The notes under the pieces were generated by a model, which searched no databases, had not been told where the DNA came from, and worked only from the letters and a program-made list of their open reading frames with translations. The translations under genes and the position numbers were made by a program. Shown here piece after piece: positions 38,023-42,591 of a stretch of 42,591 bases of DNA. The number at the start of each line of letters is the position of its first letter. Within the stretch, counting starts at the first letter, position 1. Source of the stretch: Bigelowiella natans CCMP2755 (lineage: Eukaryota; Protista; Cercozoa); NCBI GenBank assembly GCA_000320545.1, contig ADNK01000873.1, positions 1 through 42,591 on the forward strand, written 5' to 3'.

Positions 38023-40050
38023 TCACGAGTACCAGTTGTCTTTTGTTAGCCCATGCCAAGGTTTCTTCACCGAAGGGTCATTCTGCGTAGGGGTTCAATT
38101 AGACTTCTTGCTTCACACAAAACAAAATGAAACAAGACCATTTAATTTGTTCATTACATCCGTCTCACCTTTTCTTTTTCAATGTGGTATGCTAGAGCAG
38201 CCTCCGCACGGTCAATATATTCTTTCTCATGGATTGCGATAGCTTTCTCAAGTTCTCGCCTTTGCTGTTTTTGGGCTATAAGTTTCAGCTGATCAGCTTG
38301 CACCTGATTTTAACAGTTACACGCAGAGTTATATATGGGCTATTCGGTTTTTTTTCATGTGAGGATGTGAGTAATGCTTACTTGCTTATTTCTAATGAAA
38401 GCATCTCGTCCATCATTAGCCTTAGATCTCTTATATTCCTCTTCAAATCTGTCCATTTCCTCTTTATCTAATGCCTTCTGCTTGAGTGCATCCATTCGCC
38501 TCTCATCTTTAATAGCAAGATTCCTTCTTCTATCTTGATCGACTTCATCCATAAGTTTGCGTCTTGCCATATCTCGACGTTGAAGCTCCTAAGAGGAATA
38601 AATATTAGAAGATGGATTTGGTGATTTTGATTTTCTGACCGTAATTGATGATGATAAAACGAAGAGAGTTACAGACGACTTACCATGTCTCGTTTGTGAT
38701 TTCCTCTGTCAACTTCATTCTGGATGTGTTGGTCTAGTTCTTTTTGATACTGGGCCTCCCTTTCTTTCATTTGACGTACGTGGTCAAGATATTGCAAAGT
38801 CTCCTTCTTATTCTGCATTTTTCGATTAAAAGCATCTTGGCGTTCTTTCTCCATTGCCTCTTTGTTGATTCTGTTGAGCTCCTCGCCATCGTTTAGTTCA
38901 GCTCTTCGTTGCATATTTTTCTGCATTTGCCTTAGTTGGTTGTAACGCTTCGTTTGCATATTCCTCTTTGCCTGTTCCGCCATTTGTTGTCGCCTTCGCT
39001 CCTCAGCAAGTCTTCGATCTGCTTCTCCTTGCTCCTTGATTGCCTGTTTTTCTCGCAAAATCCTTTGTCTCTCAGCCTCTCTTTGAGCTTCTTTATGCCT
39101 TATTTGTTGCTGCAGATTGCTGGCCTGGGTTTGGTTGAGATAATTCAAGCGTGCAACATCACTCAAGTGTCTTTCTTGTTTCTTCTTGCCTTCCTCGATC
39201 CACATTTGGGTATACCGTTTCTCCTCTGAACATAGATTATTCACATACATATATGATGAGACTCTGTAGGTATATTGTTATGCGCATCTTTGTGTAGGCA
39301 CACAACTTAATTATACATTGAATTCGAAAATGTATCTTTGGTGTCTATGTCCGTCAAAGTAGAAGCGATCACATAGATAAGGCATCACTCCACACAATGC
39401 AACACTGCTAAATATGTCTCCTAACCTTGCTCCTTTTGCTCCCGCAACTTGCGGTTAAGTTCGAGCTGCTCGCTCCTCTCTTGCATTATAAGTTTTTTAT
39501 GTTTTACGGCTTCAACGGATCTCAATTCATCGCAACCCAGTTTGAATCGTTGATAATAAAGCTGATCTGCTTTTTGCTTTCTTTGAATTTCCCTTTTTTC
39601 CCTCAGTTGTAGAGCTCGTTTGGCCATTCGCTCCTTTCTTTTATCAATGGTCTCAACCGAAGCGTCAATTTCTTGCTTAAAAATGGCGTCGTCTTCACGT
39701 AAGAGTACGGCAAGTCTGAGAAAAGAGAGTTTTTGAGTTTCCAAAACTGATGAACAAAAAATCCATCGAGACATATTTTCCCATAGATACTGTGATTCGC
39801 CATTCCAGTTCACTACTTACTACCTCTGGCGTCTTCGTAGCAGAGATTGTTCATCCTCTCTCTTGAGATTTTCGGCTATCTTCATAATCTTAGTCTTCTG
39901 CACAAGTGACGCAGCTTTTGCATCGAAGTTAATATATCGTTGATATGCTCTGGTCTGATTCACCGTGTCACAGATCCCCTGCAGCTTCTCATCTCGTTGA
40001 CGAGAAGCTAATATACTTTTGGATATATTTGTTTCCCGGCGGTTAAACAT
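38023..40050 (-). CDS. CFAP53: Cilia- and flagella-associated protein 53 (CCDC11/TPH-domain coiled-coil)
   Basis: LLRRRQR/LAVLLREDDAIFKQEIDASVETIDKRKERMAKRALQLREKRE...YYQRFKLGCDELRS resembles the CFAP53 pattern (RR.+L..LL..E......E......ET...+..RM....L...RE....QF...C.ELR). Long E/R/K/Q coiled coil; C-terminus KPWHGLTKDNWYS-TGA. Confidence 0.8.
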
Positions 40051-40682
40051 CCTCTCACTCGTCTACACCACTGATTTTATGTGTTCGTGGGGAGGGAGCG
40101 GGCTGGCTTTAAAGAAATCCAGTATAAGGACAGTGAACTGAATCGAAGAAAGTCTTTATTTAGACCTATATTTATACTCTACGACATATAAATTTGGATA
40201 TAAATTAAAATAATAGGAGAAAGTTTAGGTTGGCCAAAAACAAATTGAGGCATAGTTAGTCGGAATGTGTTGTTTCTCTGTAACTGACAGGTTGCTACGA
40301 CTTAAACCTTGGCAAATAATAGCGACAGAATTTCGTTTAAGTCACTATCTAAATCTTGTCGCAGTATTGAAATGGAATACTTTTATACATCAGTTAGTAC
40401 CTTTAGTTAGTTAAAATTTAACTTGTATATATACCATGGGTATCCTGTACAAAGGAAAAACAACAAAACAACAAAAACAACAACAAAAATAATGAATCAT
40501 TTCGGAAGGGTAGCCATACTCTCTCCCTCCATAATCCGGTTTGGCACTGCTGTGTATCATTAGATCTATCATTTCCATCGACCTTAGCACATAGAGGGCG
40601 CTGCATTGTTGTGCTGAAGAATCACATCCAAGCGCCTGGATGCCGTTGGAGCGGTGGGTAGACAGTGAGCAACTATAACAAT

Positions 40683-41067
40683 ATGAACCGCGTCTATCAA
40701 GCACCTTCCTCTTCTCCCGTCGATACAACCGATCATCACCTCCTCTCTGAAGCAACAGAATGGCTGGAAGGGAAAAAAACGTGCGCATTCAACTACACGG
40801 AGATAAGGAGTAGTGAGAGGGTGAAAGGTCACGACGACCACCACCACCAGCAGCAGCAGCAGCAGCACCTTGAAAACCGCGATGAGCAACTCTATCGACA
40901 GCAAATTGTGGAAGTGGATGTGTACTTCAGGTTTGTGCTCGTGGCGGTGGTGGTAGTGAAAGCAGAAGTTGTTGTAGTAGTAGTAGCGGTAGTCGCAGAA
41001 GTAGTACCATAAAAGTGTTGGGCAGGAGTTACTTATTATAGTTACAACAGTGTTATTGCTCACTACG

Positions 41068-41107
<40 letters not shown>

Positions 41108-41506
41108 ATCCTTAAAAACTATCTGTTGGCAAAGATGGAGTAGAGCGACAAAATATATACAAAAGGTGATAGATATTATTCTCTTTCGATCGATGTAACA
41201 ATTGGTCACGCAGCAGCGTTTAGACACATTGTCTCCTAGCCCTATTTCTTCTCATCGTAGCAGCTCATCGAAAAGCAATAATACCTAGGCTAAAGCATTC
41301 AAAAAGAGGAGGCTCCGAAGAGCTTTAAAAAAGAGTTTGAAGAAGCAATCGAGACGGTTGATGGGGAAGTTCCTTGCCCAAATGCTCCTCTTGGCCCGTA
41401 GTTGTGCGCAGTGTCGTGTTGCCGATTACCACCGGAAAGAGTACCTGTCAGCCACAACTTTATCTTTATGGTACAAAGCTACAAAATCAATGAGGGTAGT
41501 TATAGC

Positions 41507-41543
<37 letters not shown>

Positions 41544-41674
41544 ATGAGATTGCATAGAGTGAATTACATATTATTTTCAAGGTGGCGATGATAGAGGAGA
41601 TGATGACAACGTGGTGTTTGCAAATAATAACGATCATAATCTGTGAAACAATACTGCCACTGCTACCATAACTC

Positions 41675-41710
<36 letters not shown>

Positions 41711-42400
41711 TACTACTACTGGTGGTGGTGTAGTGTAGTAAATTGTTGGTCCCTTATTTATTAACAAGAGGGGGAGTCAGAATGATGGTGGAAATAAAAT
41801 GAGCGAAGGAAGGAATAATGGCACCTTGTAAGAGCTATTTGCCCAAAAAAACAGATATTCTTCTCTTTAACAAATATTAGACGTCCTACAAGCTACACGC
41901 CAACCGTTACATGCGTTTACCTTACTGTGCATGGAGGCGTGCAGCAGCGCCCAAGCGCCATCAGAGGCTATTGGAACTAAAGCAAAGAGCAAAGGCTGCA
42001 AGAAAGAAAGCCATTGAAGCATCTGTTGAAAAGATGCAGTATGAACGTCTCCGGTCGGTTGGGCAGTCGGTGCTTCATCGATGGGTAATAGCCATGCGCT
42101 ACCAGGCACTCAACAAGCTACAGAGTACCAAAGCTGTATATTTCTATGCAACGAGGAAAACCAAAGAAGGGATAAGAGACTGGTATATCTGGGCAGCAGC
42201 TCGTGCCGATTTGCGAGTGAAAGGTCGGAAACTAGTTGAAAGAAGAAGGAAGAAGCTGTTAAGGACAACGATGCATGTGTGGAGGCATTGGCTTTGTTTA
42301 ACACTGACTGGTAAAATGGTGATCGAGAATAATAATACTACCACCTTTTTGGGAGGAAGAGGAGATCGAAGAAGGCGTGCTATTCTCACCAAGTGGCGAG
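40683..42400 (+). CDS. Sfi1-like centrin-binding repeat protein (partial; 3' end uncertain, probably continues beyond the window)
   Basis: ATG 40683. Exons carry periodic basic helices ending in W..W: VYFR/SLKTICWQRW, RLPYCAWRR, GQSVLHRW, AVYFYATRKTKEGIRDWYIW, RKKLLRTTMHVWRHW, resembling the Sfi1 repeat consensus AxxxxxxxLLxxxF/LxxW. Confidence 0.6.
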
Positions 42401-42458
42401 CCATAGTATCGAGTAATGATCATCACTACCACGACGACCAACAACGTCGTCGCCATTC

Positions 42459-42530
42459 TAGCCACATCTTTCATTAGTCCAGAATAACCATATATAGCCA
42501 CATCTTTCATTAGTCCAGAATAACCATATA
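42459..42530. repeat. Perfect 36-bp tandem duplication
   Basis: tagccacatctttcattagtccagaataaccatata present twice (42459-42494, 42495-42530). Confidence 0.95.
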
Positions 42531-42552
42531 TAGTGGGATAGATGGATACAAC

Positions 42553-42589
<37 letters not shown>

Positions 42590-42591
42590 GT

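Noticed and set aside
42459-42533. 36-bp direct repeat of CRISPR-like length
   Set aside because: The copies are adjacent with no spacer, there are only two, the context is eukaryotic and no cas genes are present.
1-42591. Species assignment (intron density is reminiscent of chlorarachniophytes)
   Set aside because: Cannot be established without a database search. Only 'intron-rich, probably flagellated eukaryote' is supported.
1-42591. tRNA, rRNA, transposase or reverse-transcriptase genes
   Set aside because: No recognisable motifs seen by eye. Small ncRNAs cannot be excluded without covariance-model searches.

Overview
Eukaryotic nuclear DNA from a compact, intron-rich and probably flagellated protist (CFAP53 and an Sfi1-like gene are present; GT/GC-AG introns; no prokaryotic features). 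Manual splicing gives 11 protein-coding genes in strictly alternating orientation: membrane-protein 3' exon (+), SAP-domain protein (-), inositol 5-phosphatase (+), Mpv17/PMP22 (-), single-pass membrane protein (+), ISY1 (-), TBC/EF-hand/C2 RabGAP (+), torsin/ClpB-like ER AAA+ ATPase with HDEL (-), JMJD7 (+), CFAP53 (-), Sfi1-like (+). The main signal is non-coding. All five tail-to-tail spacers are TpA-depleted, rich in CATG/TGCA/CTAG and full of micro-duplications, whereas the five head-to-head spacers look largely ordinary. An inverted repeat in one spacer (7372-7623 vs 8631-8850) records the process: all 8 substitutions are TA versus CA/TG, and all 6 indels are extra bases in the same copy. 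This suggests a targeted TpA-specific ('reverse-RIP') mutator acting between convergent genes. Exon boundaries were read by eye and are approximate in the long genes.
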